In this document: in pieces, positions 1 through 12,807 of the stretch
Layout: every line of letters begins with the position of its first letter
Numbering within the stretch: the stretch's first letter is position 1
Assembly: GCF_009834535.1 (NCBI RefSeq)
Contig: NC_045698.1
Span: forward strand, 8,868,001-8,932,000
DNA: 64,000 nt
Direction: 5' to 3'
From: Camelus ferus
Lineage: Eukaryota
Translations under genes and position numbers: made by a program
Notes under the pieces: model-generated
The model's database searches: none
Seen by the model: only the letters and a program-made list of their open reading frames with translations
What the model was told of the DNA's origin: nothing

Positions 1-270
1 CCATGAGTACGAGTCCTTGTGTAGAGAGAGATTCTTGCTCGTGAACAAGTCCTCGTGTAGACAGACACACTCATTGCTTTGGGGGTCAGATTTCTAGGTC
101 ATAGACTAGGAGTATGTTTCACTTTATCAGAAGCCCCGGAACGATTTCAAACTTAGTGGTGCTGTTTTACGACCCAACTAGACACGGTAGGGGAGTTCTT
201 ATTGCTCTACGTACTCACCACTGTCTGACACTGTTAGTCATTTCAGCTACTTTGTTGGGTGTAGTGAAAA
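1..270 (-). mobile_element. Old L1 (L1M-type) 3' region fragment
   Basis: Degenerate match to antisense L1 motifs (ttttac..ccca...gagttcttattgctc..actcacca..ctgacactgttagtcatttcagctact..gtgggtgtagtg); runs off the window start. Confidence 0.7.
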
Positions 271-401
271 TGTGCTTTTTTGCACACAACAGGATGTAAA
301 AAATAGTAGTTTGTTACAATTGTGAAAATAAAAGATCTCTCTGAGCTCCTGAGCTATTCAATGTTCTAAATGCATAGAGTTTAAGGTTACCATTGTCACT
401 C

Positions 402-765
402 CTATTTTTCATCTATTCTGAGATGATTCTTCCTACACTTTAACATTCGTGTTCTGGGGATTTTCTTCCACGGCTGAGGATACTCACTGCTGTTACGAGG
501 CAGCTGTTATTTCATGGTGGTCACTGCTGATGTGTAATAATAAACTTGGTTCTAGCTGCTCATGTCATCTCTTCAGTTGTGGTTAAACTCCATGCAGTAA
601 GTTTAATTGCTGTTTAGAATATATTCAAAAGTTTACACTGTGAGTTGGTACCAAAGAGAAGTTAATATGTGTAGAAAACAGCACAGAAATAGGGCAGTAG
701 ATACATTTTTGAGTGATACAACTATTTATTGTAAGAAGAGTATCATCAATTGAGCAAACAATCTC
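402..765 (+). mobile_element. Tc2/Kanga1-like DNA transposon fossil (left end plus start of transposase region)
   Basis: TIR-like 'tttttcatctattctgagatg...acactttaacatt' followed by 'aaagttaatatgtgtagaaaacagcacagaaatagggcag', recalling the Kanga1 transposase start. Confidence 0.55.
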
Positions 766-2316
766 TTTTTTTTGGGGGGGGAGCAATGTCGAATTCATTT
801 TGTTGGTATTTTAATTTTTGTCTGTGAATGAGAAAGATAAATGATTAAAAAACTTTAAATAATTCTGAAAGAGCACATTCGATAAGAACAAAATTAAAAA
901 TCAAAATGATTAGGAAACACTGTGTCACAGTTGTCACTTATGTTTTTCTCCTTAATGCTGCATCACGTAACGGCGCTGGGTAAAATATATGCATCTTAAA
1001 CTCAATGAATTCCAGTATTGCCACCTGTGCTCCTGTTTCTGCTTTTTAGCCCTTCGTACATTTCCTCAGTCTCCTTGCCTCAGGATCAACTTGGGCTGTT
1101 GTCCCAGCAGAGAAATGTGGGCTCTCCATTTGGGACTGAGATCATCTGTCTATTTTCTAGATAGAGGTGGTTTAGCAAGTTGAGGACTGTCTGCAAACAG
1201 CATTCATGGAATTAAAAACTGGGAGAAATGGGAAATCTAATGAAAATCATTCTTCTTTGCTGCTTTCGTGGATTCACTCTGTCATTTTCAGTAATTGTCT
1301 CAGTTACCAACCTCCCCTCTCCTCGCTAAGCTCTTCAACTACATGGCACTTGTTTTCTGCACCCGGTATTTACACAACAGCGAGGGAGCAAACTTCATGT
1401 TTTTGGAGCTTATATTTTCCAGAGACATTCTGAAGTCAGGTTGCTTGTATTCTCCTCTTTCACAATGAGTCTCATATACTTTCTAGTGTGAGTCTGCACG
1501 TCCCTTGAGTCTGCACAGCTGACAAGAAGACCCCTGGACCCTCGGTTTTTCCTAGTGTTTGCCTGCATCCAGACCCAGTGTGGTCATCATGTTGCCTATT
1601 ATGAATACCTCCCCGCCATTTTTTTTTGCTCGAAAGTAATTCATAAAAATCGTTTTGACTTGCTGAACTCTATACAAAGCTACTGAGAACGCTTTTCCAA
1701 TTTTAGCATTTGATTGTTCCCTTGAAGAAACTGACATATCAGTCTGGAAACCATGCTTTGTGGATTTTGTAAGAGGCCAAAGATATTTTTCATTTTCAAA
1801 AAAACCAGTTAGCATATAATGGGCCTCACTATTCTTCTTGGGTGAATATTTTATAATAAGATAGGTTTTGGTCTTTAATAACTGTACATTGAGGGATCTA
1901 TACACAATATGCAGGGTTGGGATGGGGAGAGGAAGGAGACAGGAGAGAAGAGGAAAGATGGTCTCTCTTTGTCAGTCTTCTCTTCCTGGGCAGCCTCATC
2001 TAAATGGGATGTTTTATACTAAGATGTCCAATTTTTGGATACTCCATATAATTGTGATATTACATATTAATTTGAATCATAATAAATCACTATTTATGTA
2101 AGTCAAGAATGGTCACAAGTGACAATTTCACATGGTTCAGCATAATACATAGGAATAACAGTTAAATTCCACAAAAAAGTACCATAAAGAAATAATATAT
2201 ACTAATGGAGAACCAGAAATTGATACTATTTGATGCTCATGTTGCTATATCATTATCAGGTTTTATATTCATAATATAAAATGGCATATATATAAACAAT
2301 TTATTAGTAATTAGGT

Positions 2317-2365
2317 TAATACCGCTAAAGGAAAACTTTAAAGTAATACCGCTAAAGTAAAACTT
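2317..2365 (+). repeat. Tandem duplication, 22-bp unit, period 27 (taataccgctaaag[g/t]aaaactt x2)
   Basis: Copies at 2317-2338 and 2344-2365 with one mismatch, read directly. Confidence 0.9.
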
Positions 2366-2384
2366 ACTTATATGACCAAATAGT

Positions 2385-2580
2385 TCCTGCCAGGGTTGAG
2401 TATTTGTAACTTTGGAAAAGTCACTTGACTCTCCATGGCTCATTTTTCTTTTGAGTAAAATAAGGATGATAAAACCCAACTTTCCTCATAGGGCTGTTGA
2501 GAGAGGATGATGGGGTCACAAAAGGAAATAAATCTAAAAAATATTACATAATATACTGGATTATTATAAGTATATTCTCA
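2385..2580 (+). mobile_element. MIR SINE
   Basis: MIR core 'gtaactttggaaaagtcacttgactctccatggctcatttttc...gtaaaataaggatgataaaacc...ctcatagggctgttgagagaggat'. Confidence 0.8.
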
Positions 2581-3274
2581 TTTACATTTTATTTAAAGAT
2601 GTTAGATACATTTACCTTTTTTTTTTCCTTCCTTTGCTACCTAGGAAATTGTTGGATGCTGGTGGAGAAGGCACACAGTCCCCTTAACTTCCCTCTGTTT
2701 CCACGTACAGCCTAGACAATCCAGGGCGGGGGAGAAGACATTTCTCTAAGAAATAAGTAAGCCCCTTCCAAATAGCTATTTCCAGCCTGATTTTCTCTGA
2801 AAATTGCCAACAAGAGAAATATATTTGAGTAATGAGCCCATCATCAGGGGAGGAGGGAGCAGATTTCAAAGCAAAGAGCGGCAGGCAAGGTGAGGATGGA
2901 GATCACCAACATGTGTGCCAATCTGAAGCACCAACTCCACCAGCTTTGTGGAAATTGAAGCAAGGAAAAGGGTTATCACTCCAACAGGAGAACTTAAGCA
3001 GATACCAGACTTGTCCAAACCTGCGCTGGATTCACAGAGCTAAATGCCTCCACCAACCTGGTACAACTGCACAGGAGAGTTGGTCTAGATGGAAATATCG
3101 GAGTGTGGAGAAGTCACTCTTCTAATGAGGTCATCGGATAAGAGCAATGAGGTGTGTGAGGTGAAATACACTCAAAATGGGAGGCAGATGGCTGTGTGGA
3201 GGGTTGAAGGAGGTACTGCTGCAGAGATGACAGACTTGAGGAAGTTTCCCTTGAGCCGTCTTAATTATAATTAA

Positions 3275-3515
3275 CAGTCACCAAGATTTACTGATCACCA
3301 CGTATGTGCCAGATTTTGCTATAAGCAGCTTCAATGTTTTATCCTCACAACCACTCTATGATCATCATGATTTTGATGCTATTAAAATTCCCCATTTATA
3401 GATGAATAATCTGATTTTCGTTGCAATAGGTAAATTGCTTAAGACAACATAGCCAGGAAGCACCAGAATGTGGTTCCAGTCCTGGGCTCTCTGACTCCAG
3501 GACATTGTTCCCTTG
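3275..3515 (-). mobile_element. MIR SINE
   Basis: Antisense MIR 'tatgtgccag...atcctcacaaccactctatg...ccccatttatagatgaataatctga...ctctctgactccag'. Confidence 0.8.
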
Positions 3516-5109
3516 ACCCATATGGCAGGTGGCTTCTCCTGCTTGCTTCCCCCACACCACTTCTCTCCACATCTTGTAATTTTAGCATAAAATCTTACAC
3601 TTTTCTTCCTTTAGTGTTTCCTATTCTTCCTGTAAACCCCAATGACCCGTGAATTTTGGATGCAGTTATCACCAAGGCAAGAAAGGGATGCTGGAATGAC
3701 TCCCCCGGGACCGCTACATCAGCGCCTTTGCCGAGACTTGCTGTCAGTAGTAGCATTCACCCATGGCACTGTATTCTCTCCGATTCACGTGGCACCCAGC
3801 AGTAAGGTGATTTTAAGCTCACAGCTGGGCAAAATTATGGGAGAAGATATAACAGACAAAAAAGGATTGTGGGGTAAGCAGACATCTTGGAAATGTTCCT
3901 GAAATGAGCTGCCCCCCTATTCTGTTTTTCGTACCCATAAAAGACATGTAACTTTACATGGCTTGAACATTTCCTAAGGAAAAAACATTTCGAGAAATAC
4001 AAAATGGCAAACTACCCAAAATAAAATCAGATACATATTATGGATTTTTACTTCCTCATTTTGGATTACCTAATTAGTTTACCCACTGAACTGACATAAA
4101 CTATAGATCGAGTGATTAGAAACAATTTCTTTTTCAATCTTTAATAATGATCAGCACCCCTCTAAATTATAGCAGAATAATTGCATTTACTATTAAATTT
4201 CACATCTTGTAACTTATACTCCTTTTGTCCAGCAGATTAGCAAGAGCTTGTCATGGCTTCCTTCTGCACGTGAGGCTTACTCAGGATAGCCAAAGCTCCC
4301 GCCTTACACTTGACAATTCACGAAAGGGCATTTCGAGATTGAGATCCTGTGTGTGAAAGTGTTTCGACTTGTTCTGGAAGAAGGATGAATTTCTTGGCTG
4401 CGATCTCTGTTCTCAGGAACTAGCACTTTTCTTGGCTGTTGAAAAGTATCTAACTGATTTGTGTCACTAAGTGAGAGTCATCCGAAGCCCTAATGAAGAT
4501 CACAGTATGTGGTATGCTTGATTGGAGATATTACTTCTCACCCCCTGGGGACAATTCCATAACAGATACCTTGCTCCTATGACATTTTGGGCAGCCCCCT
4601 GATACCACTGAGGCCACAGAATTTCATTTTACTTTCAGTATAGTTTTTAGCTGGGAGGGTTTTGATTTTTAATCTACAGGGCCCTCAGGAGTGTCACCTG
4701 AGATTGCATTTTAGATTTTTTTTTCTCCATTGACTTTCTCAGGTACTCTGTAACTTGGATTGTATGTTCCTATTTATTGTGTAACTTTTAGGTGCTAGAA
4801 ATATAATTTTATAGGCACAACTTCCTGCATCAGTTCAAGTCTATAGTTACAACTCTATTAACCTATTCTTTCTAGTATGGTGGCCTAATTGGTGGTGGAG
4901 AGATTGGCTAGATTCTTACCTAGTTAAATTAGTTAAACTTCCCCTCAGTTTCTCTCTAGTGCTAACTGCAGCTGTGTTGTTAAACTTCCTTAGGGTGCTC
5001 CTCTAAGACTGTTATAAAGTTAACATAATTATTAAGCCAACTTGAATATTGTATATTGATGTAGGTAAGATCCAGAGTCTTGTCTTTTCAATAGAATAGA
5101 AATGTCAAT

Positions 5110-5270
5110 TTTGACTCTATATCCTGGGATTAGATCCAAATTTAACATTTAAAAAAATATTCAGTGAGCAAATTCTATGCCTCAGTCACCTGTCTGGGAA
5201 AATCAGGATTCGATAATAAACACAAGAGATGAAAACCCTAGCCGTCACAGAGTTTAGTGACATAGGAATT
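5110..5270 (+). mobile_element. MIR fragment
   Basis: 'cctgggattagatcc...ctatgcctcagtcacctgtctgggaaaatcaggatt' resembles the MIR core. Confidence 0.5.
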
Positions 5271-6189
5271 GCCTTTTCTAAGGTAAATGGACTGTGTTAG
5301 ATGTTTGTAATATGACTTCTCTGACCATAGGCAAATACTGAACAGTAGTTTAACTAAAATTCTGGAGGCAAAGTTAAAATAATCTAGTCAGATTCTTGAA
5401 GATTATAGAAGATATCAAGGAAAGCATTACTTATCTAAGATTATCACAATGTGACAGATTTATGGCCATTCATATTTGAGAACAAGTTTATTTTTTGCTA
5501 AAAATTAATTTAAATTTTAGGTGGGATGTACATGCATTTTTAAAAGTTGCAATAAAATAGAGGAATAGAGGAGTTGCATGATAATACTTTGAAATAATAT
5601 TCAATCACTTTGCATTCTCAATAATTAATTTTAGCCCACAAAGCCTCTACAGTCATAATTAGATTAGAGTTGTAGGTTTCTCTAGGAAAATGCTGGCTGC
5701 CTAAAACCTGTACCAACACATACATGACTCTAGGCTTTCCTATTTGCAATATTGCCTGCTGAATGTTATTTAGTAAAGAAAGCTGAGTTATGCTAACTGG
5801 TTCATGAGGATTCAAGAAAATTGTGTCTAGGTTTAAGAACTGCTAACTGTGAGCCTTAATGAACCCACTGGTTGCTGCATTATGAGGCTGAACCAACTTT
5901 TGTGATCAAGAATTCCCCCTCTGGTGGTTAAGGGGGAGGTGAGGTCTACATTTTCCACCTAATATTTTTCATGAGCTTCTGATGAAACTACTGTTTGAGT
6001 CTGTGCTCTTTTTTCTGCTCTGCCTCTTTTTCAGTTAAATAAAATGATACCTGAAACATACCGTGTCACACAAACTTTTTCAATAATTTCAAACCAAGGA
6101 CCAATGAATAATGTCAGTTGTCCCGTAGCTTGAAAATAACACTCCCCTCCACCTTCACCTTATCTATATACAGCCAGTTTATTGGATAT

Positions 6190-6680
6190 ATATTGCAAGA
6201 AAAATGGAAAATAGCAAATGACATCTACAAGAAGAAAACAGGATATGAGAATTAAAACATATCTGATCATAAAACGTCTCCACCAATATCAACCACAAAG
6301 ATGAAAAAAAACTTTAACATACCCTCTGAACCAGAACTAAATATCCTTAATTAAGAAATTACAGACATGATACAACTTCTTATTCAGAAATGTTTAGAAA
6401 ACTCAGAAAATAAATTAGCAGAATGAAAACAAACAAAAAATTAGGATGACATTAAATGAGAATTAAACAAAGAAAATAATTGAAGAAAATTTTTTTAATA
6501 ATTGGAGATAAATTTGAAGAAATAGAAAAAATATTATTTTGGACTAAAGTACAGTCAGAGGGAAATTAGATATGACCAAAAGCATAATAAAGACATTGGA
6601 AAAAATAATGAAGAAAATAAAAATTTTATAGATTTAAAATAGATCAGAAAAGGAATGATCTATCTAGAAGATACAATAAT
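6190..6680 (+). mobile_element. Ancient L1/HAL1 ORF1 remnant
   Basis: Extremely A-rich, Lys/Glu-codon-like stretch typical of the ORF1 coiled-coil region; no intact frame. Confidence 0.5.
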
Positions 6681-6793
6681 AGGGTACACTTTTCCCTTCT
6701 ATCTGGGAAAAAAAAAAAGGTTCTGGGTTGCTCCAAAGTGTGAGGTATACTGCCCAGGGGGTACTTGAAATGATGTTCATTGCAGTGGACACT

Positions 6794-7332
6794 TATGGTA
6801 GTTAGATAAGGGTGGGGTGCTGGCTTGGAGTTTGTAAGTCTGTGACCTGTAACTTCCTTCTAACCAAAAGAATACAGCAAAGGGAACAAGATATACATGA
6901 TTACATGGATATCATTTCATTATATAAGAATAATGCCCGTCTTGCTGAGGGACTCTCTGGCTTGCTGGTTTTGATGATGCAAGTGGCCATGCTGGGGAGC
7001 CTACACTGTAGACAACCGAGGTTGATCTCCAGAGGTTGAAAGTGGCTGTCAGCCAACAGTTTGCTAGAAAAAGGAGGTCCTCTACTGTAATGTGCAAGAC
7101 ACTGAATTCTGCCAACAGCTTGAGCGATCACTGAAGAGAATTCTTCTCCAGCTGAGCATTGAGATGGCAATGCTAGGTCCAGCTGACACATTAACTGTAG
7201 TTTCATATGTACTCATTGAAGGCATGCCTGGACTTCAGTCCCATAGAAACTGTGAGAAAATAATTTTACATGGTTTTAAGCCCATAAGTTTACATTTGGT
7301 ATTTCGGTATGCGGCAACAGATAAATAACGCA
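6794..7332 (+). mobile_element. MaLR solo LTR, MLT1E/MLT1F-like
   Basis: Diagnostic 'ctgaattctgccaacagc...ccagctgacacatt...ccatagaaactgtgagaaaataa...gttttaagccc.taagttt...gcggcaacagataaataacgca'. Confidence 0.85.
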
Positions 7333-7349
7333 GCATCTGTGCACTATGA

Positions 7350-7687
7350 ATAAACAATTTGATCCAGTAATTTGTATTTAAGGAATTTATATTCCAGTTT
7401 TACTGCAGATACGTCCAAAGATATATGTAGAAAAATAATCCATTATAGCAAGTTTTTGTAATAGCAGCAGAATGGAAAACACTCTTCGTGCCCATCAATA
7501 GATGTCTAATCAAACAGTGACAAATCATGGTATAACTATTAAGGAACATTTTAGACAATGGAGACAATATGTATATGAAAAAAAACTCTCTAAGATGATT
7601 CTTCAGTGGAAAAACAGGGTGCAGAATATTGTGTGTAAGTATGCTAGCATCTGTAAATTAGCAAAAGAATACACAGAACTACACTTG
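7350..7687 (+). mobile_element. L1ME-type 3' end, left part (interrupted by an LTR)
   Basis: 'tttgatccagtaatt..tatttaaggaatttat...tttgtaatagcagcagaatggaaaacac...gcccatcaatag...gaaaaacagggtgcagaat'. Confidence 0.75.
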
Positions 7688-8206
7688 TGTTACTGAGTCC
7701 AAACTGATTCTGCTCACTGCATGACAGGCCAGTTAATCGGGAGATGAGGTGTCGGGGCAAGGAATAATGACTTTATTCTGAAAGCCAGTAGAATGAAAAG
7801 ATGGGAGACTAATGTCCTGAAGAACAAACTTACCCAAGTCAAAATTCAGGCTCTTTTTATACTAAAAGGGGAGGGAGTGGGGTTAGTTGTTACAAACTTC
7901 TTGGTGTTGAAATCCCTTGTTCTTTCAGCTGTCCATGGAGGTCAGGTCATGATGTTTCTGCAAACCTCCAACAAGACAAATGTTATTCTCTGTTCTGCAA
8001 CTTGTTATCTCTAAATGAATGGAACATTTTTATACCCTTAAATGTCAGAGCCTTGAGAACGGGCTTTCCTGTATATTTCAGGCTATAGGCAACATTCTTT
8101 TACAAAAGGTGTGGAACCAAGATGACTAAGCACAGGAAACAGAGCAAGGGGTTAGAACCAAAGGAACAGATCTAATGAGGAGTCGGATTTGTTCTTCCCC
8201 ATTATA
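7688..8206 (-). mobile_element. ERV1 solo LTR, MER41-like (cetartiodactyl MER41_BT-type)
   Basis: 519 bp with TG and (T/C)A ends; imperfect 4-bp TSD cttg/attg; minus-strand TATAAAAA (7854-7861) and AATAAA (7772-7777); body resembles MER41-family LTRs. Confidence 0.8.
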
Positions 8207-8385
8207 ATTGTATATGTGTAGATTATCTCTGGAAAAATATATGAAGTTGGTAAAATTGGGTGCCTTCTGAAATGGCATGAGGACTGAAGGAGAGGGTTGA
8301 GAAATGATTTTAGTATCTATTTGATTTTATATCTTCTGGATTTTTAATTATGTGTATGTATTTCACGCTCAAATAAATTATTGTT
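8207..8385 (+). mobile_element. L1ME-type 3' end, right part
   Basis: 'gattatctctggaaaaatatatgaag..ggtaaaattgggtgccttctg...tgtgtatgtatt...aaataaatt' continues the L1ME 3'UTR. Confidence 0.7.
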
Positions 8386-8572
8386 TTTAAGTGCTATAAA
8401 CTGGAAGCAGATTTTTAGAAATAATGAAGTTATCTTACTAAACTTCTTCAGGAAACTATTGTGAAATATTTCCCAGAATGTATGATTACAGGGTTAGCAA
8501 ATTCTCTGATACTTAAGGCATATTTGAAAGAGTTTTGATGTTGTTTTCTTCACTTCTTATGTTCTTTCTGCA

Positions 8573-9480
8573 TTATTCATTTATTCAAAGAATAAATATT
8601 TGAGTACTTGCAAGACATTTTGCTACTTACTTGAGTTTTAGGTTCTAAGAGGAATTTATATATGAATAAGATGAAGTCCCTAGTCTCAGTACTTTATAAT
8701 TCAGCAAAGGAAATCAAAGAAGCAAAAATCTAACTAACAAGGCTATATGTGGTCAGAGACATAAATGAAGCCCACAGGAAGATTTGTGGGCTCTTACGGA
8801 AAGTTGTGTCCCTTCTGGCATGTTTAGGATAAATGAGGGTACATTTAATCTGATACTGAAATGTAGATAAAATACCAACACTTTATGTGTATTTAGGAAA
8901 GCATTTCAAACATACAGAACAGGTGAGTCAAACCATGGATCTGGGGAAAACGGTTGGATGTCCCCAGAGAGAAGGCATGCATGCTTTCTGCTGGAGGAAG
9001 ATTCTGGAATGCACGAATTGAGAGTGCAGTCTAAAGACAAATAAGAGAGTTTTCAGAATTACTTGCTTCTTAAAAACTTTGCTTAATAAGAAATTATGAG
9101 CAGGATAAGGTTTCTAAGCAGAATAATAGAACAGTCTGAGCTGTGAATCAGGAATATGACTCTGACAGTGACATAGAGATGGCTAAAGAGTGAGACCAAT
9201 TTTGGTTGCCTTGAACTTGGGGCTTTGTTGTTATGTAGGAGTTTAAGTTGCAGCAGTCCTTTGGAACTGTAAAGGGGGAACTCAGCAGAAAGTGAGGTGA
9301 CCACAGCTGAAGATTTTGGAATAGATATGACCACTGGAAATGAAAGGAAAAAAAGGAGGGGGGCCAAGGGATTATACTCGTGAGACTCATTTGAGGAATA
9401 AAATGGGTCATAAAGTCATATTTCTGTGGGGAAGCATATGAGGAAGGATTTGAGATTTTACAGCATTAAGAGGAGATGAA
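8573..9480 (-). mobile_element. L2 LINE, degenerate, including the 3' tail
   Basis: Starts with the antisense L2 tail 'attcatttattcaaagaataaatatttgagtactt', then purine-rich L2-like body. Confidence 0.6.
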
Positions 9481-10289
9481 AAGTTTACAAAGAAACATTC
9501 ACACATCATAATGAATTAACATTTATGGTCTGTAGTTAAATTTTATTTAAAATTAAATACATATATGGACACACACAAATGAAATAATCCCACTTAATTT
9601 TCACAAGAGTTATAATGAACTATTAGGTTAATTACTATCATTTTCTTTGATTTAAAAAAAAAGTATCAATTTCCTATGGAACACTGGAAAATATTTCACA
9701 TATGCCTCAACTTAAGTCTTAGTTGAAAATTATTCTTTTGACAGAAGGCTTACAAGTTAGGAACAGATTTCTCTTAAAGATGGGTCTATGTAGAAAAAAA
9801 AATTTTTTTAACTTCAAAATGTAAGAGTACCTGGTGGTCTCACTGAAACATCCTCACACAGCTAATTCCTTGAATTCTTAGAAATAAAATATCATGTAAA
9901 TTACCTGAATATTTTATTAGTTATATGATGGGAAAAATGAAGTGAAGGAGTATCAGTGGTTAGCAAATTTAGAGCTTTTCCCAATGGTGAAGGACAAAAA
10001 AGGAAGAATGAAAAAATATCCCTCAGTCATCTGGGTTAACATCAAAATAGATTAAAGTCGAACTTTCAGTGAGTTTGGTGCCTTCATTAACATGTGGAGC
10101 TCTCACAGTGTGAGGTGGCTTCTCTTTTAACAAAAGGTAAGCTGTTCTTTGACGCGTCCTATCACAGTGCCAACTCTTTCCTTTCGAGGCAAAATGCCAC
10201 AGTACTCGGTTTCCTTTCAGAGGGTATTTCTGGTCCAGTCAGCTCTGCACGCGGTATAAATCCTGGTTGTGTAAAAGAAACTCTAGTAT

Positions 10290-10460
10290 TTACTTAGCAA
10301 AGGAGACCATGGACAGCACCTGTCAGTACCAAGCACTCTGATGTCTGTTAGACATACGGTGTTGGGAAGGAAGGCCTGGATCCTGCCTTATAGAATTGCT
10401 GGTGTACTTGAATTGACACATTTTTTTCAAATAACCTGTAACAAATTAAGGGCTGTGAGA
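10290..10460 (-). mobile_element. L2 3' fragment
   Basis: 'cagcacctgtcagtaccaagcactctg...gatcctgccttatagaattgctggtgtac' resembles the L2 3' region. Confidence 0.45.
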
Positions 10461-10879
10461 ATTAAAAAGTGACCTGACTCAGTCAAGCCTACCAGGGAGA
10501 AATTGAGGAATGCCCAAGTAAGACAAATCCTGACCTCAACAATAGCATACACTGTTGGAAACACTCCTAATATAAGAATTGTTTATAGGAATGTTGGCGC
10601 TATTCAGGGAGATGAAAACTATATGAGAGGAAATTGATGGGGGAGTACTGTATGGAAAATTACCTCCATCCTCTCCCAAGTATACTATTAAGCAAGCTGT
10701 TCTAGAGATCGTGAAACAGAAATGTTCACAGACCAAACTAAGATGCTAACATTACATGTTATTTAATTCCCAGGAAGAGAATATACAGAGATAAATTAGC
10801 CTATGACAAATTCCTGACAAATGCCAAGTTTTATTGTTAAGTGAAAAAAAAATGGCTACAGATTCAGAAGGAAAACAAG

Positions 10880-12080
10880 GCAGCTGGTTCTCTAAACATG
10901 AACAGAGGAAGCAGAGAAGGTGGCCAGCTTCAATGCAAAGAAAGTGGGCACTGTTGGCAGAGGAGTCAACAATGAGGCTTGAACAGTGTTCACTGGTTTC
11001 ATTGTCATGACGTTCATGTTAATGCTGCGTTAGAGCTACTTTAGCAAAGTGACAAGGGAAAGGAGGCGTAATTAATGCATTCGATAAACAAATGGATGGT
11101 GACAAAGTGGAGACAGCAACTGCAACGGACAATATTGAAAAGAAGTTGAAAATAGGAGAAGTACCTAGAGGAGTGTGTGGGATTCTTGATTTTGTTTGTT
11201 TGTTTGTTTGTTTGTTTAGCACAAGACATAAAAGACTAGGACAGATTTAAATAATACAACTTAAATAAATGAAGGTAGGATGTGGGAATACTGGGTTTCC
11301 TGGGGAGTCAGAATATGGGAAACCAGCAAAGAGAGGGCAGAGTTGGCTTTTTGAATATACAGACAGCATTTAAACCATTGTCAAAGGGGGTGAGGAATGG
11401 AGTGTGCAAGAAATAATGGGAACTGATATATTTCAGTATTTTTCTATGTGTGGTGATAGAAGGTTGAGGAAATTACAGTCTGGTGATTTATGATTTTTGA
11501 AAGTAGAATATTAACAATTTTACGTACTTGCCTGTAAATGTGCTTACTGGTGGTGATGGTCCCCGCTGGGATAGTGGTTATGGATTTAGGTATTATCCCT
11601 CATTCCGTGATGGTGTGGGTTTTTCCCTTATTGTACAAAACTGATTAGGTGCAAGCACAGACTAGATTATTAGCTATTCTAGAATGGGAATAGAGTCAGA
11701 AAACATGAATGATGACAGATGAATGACATTTACATTATCCTCGATGGAGTGATTGAAATGACAGCTTTGGAATCTAAACTAGATAGAGAATGAAAACAGA
11801 TTAGGGCTGATAAGTTTGGGAAAACTGAATTGATTAATTGGCTGGTGGTCTTAAAAATTTCAAATTCTAAATAGCTTCAGATGATGACAAATTGCAGCAA
11901 GTAACTATAAAACAGGCACTGAAGTAGGTGAAGTGGAACATCATTAGAGATGAGGATGCTATGAAACTGAGAAGTCAGGCTGTTGGCAGGTCATCCAGTT
12001 GGACATCGAATTCATGCAGGATGCAGGATATGGCAAGTTTTGTGGTGGAGACTGATTTTTGAAAGTGAAAATAACCTTGA
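10880..12080 (-). mobile_element. L2 LINE ORF2 remnant
   Basis: L2 signatures 'gcagaggagtcaacaatgaggcttgaacagtgttcactgg', 'gtggagacagc', 'gaaactgagaagtcaggctgttggcaggtcatccagttggacatcgaa'. Confidence 0.7.
11191..11218 (+). repeat. (TTTG)n microsatellite
   Basis: tttgtttgtttg... read directly. Confidence 0.95.
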
Positions 12081-12109
12081 ATTCTTCAGAATGACTTACT
12101 ACATCATGA

Positions 12110-12330
12110 TGTACTATCCTTTTAAAATGTCACTCCTTTTGATATACTGACATTGTGCTAAGTATTTTTCCATTTATTTCATAAAGGAAGTTGGTCTGTA
12201 ATTGGTCTATAATTTATTTGTTTTTATTTTTTGGAATGCCCAATATTAGATTCACGTAGGCTGTGCAAAATCAGTTGGGGAGTTTTCCTCCTCTTTCTAG
12301 TGATTTTGTGCAAATTGGCTTTATTTCTAT
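12110..12330 (-). mobile_element. Old L1 ORF2 remnant, left part (interrupted by an LTR)
   Basis: Antisense L1 motifs 'ttcataaaggaagttggtctgtaatt...tcagttggggagttttcctcctct'. Confidence 0.7.
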
Positions 12331-12807
12331 TGCTGACTAAGAAATGTCACTCTCCACCTGGTTCTACAGGGACTGAGTCATTTGCCACTGCAGTCACCGT
12401 CCTTTAACACAGCTTGAAAGGAGTTCAGGGAAGAGATCAGGGTGAGGCACCCTGCTCTGGGAAAAACTCTGCTCTGGAAAAAAGCAGTCCTCTAGATAGT
12501 TAGGTGTTTTCAGGAGAAAATTTTATGAGCCCAATTTCTTACATCTTCTCATACTTATAAAAGCACTAAAATCACTAACTGAGATATCTGTTTCTCACGA
12601 CTACCAGCAACTTTCTACCAAGATGTGCGTTTGATTGCACATACCCCCTTCACCAAAATAACACGTGTACTGACCTCCCCCTTCCCTCTTCTGAGCAGCC
12701 TCTGAGAGCTGTCGCAGAGACTGTCTCCCAGGATATAGTCTTCAGCAAGCCCCCAATAAATCTGAAACTCACAGTTCTCATGCTATGTGTTTTTATTTTA
12801 GTCTACA
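12331..12807 (+). mobile_element. ERV1-type solo LTR (MER4/MER34/LTR39-group-like)
   Basis: 477 bp, TG...CA; imperfect terminal inverted repeat tgctgactaa/ttagtctaca; imperfect 5-bp TSD tctat/tttat; AATAAA at 12755-12760; splits an L1. Confidence 0.8.

Noticed and set aside
1552..1905. 117-aa minus-strand ORF in unique sequence
   Set aside because: Non-ATG start, composition typical of AT-rich noncoding DNA, no family recognised
5912..5929. Minus-strand CTCF-like CCACCAGAGGGGGA
   Set aside because: Lacks the highly conserved C of the GGC end of the core
7688..8206. Canonical STAT1 GAS sites expected from primate MER41B
   Set aside because: No TTCNNNGAA found by eye; only loose TT-N5-AA matches
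10094..10297. 67-aa ORF with nearby splice-like signals on both strands
   Set aside because: No recognisable product; the minus-strand readings all hit stops and there is no coherent acceptor-donor pair
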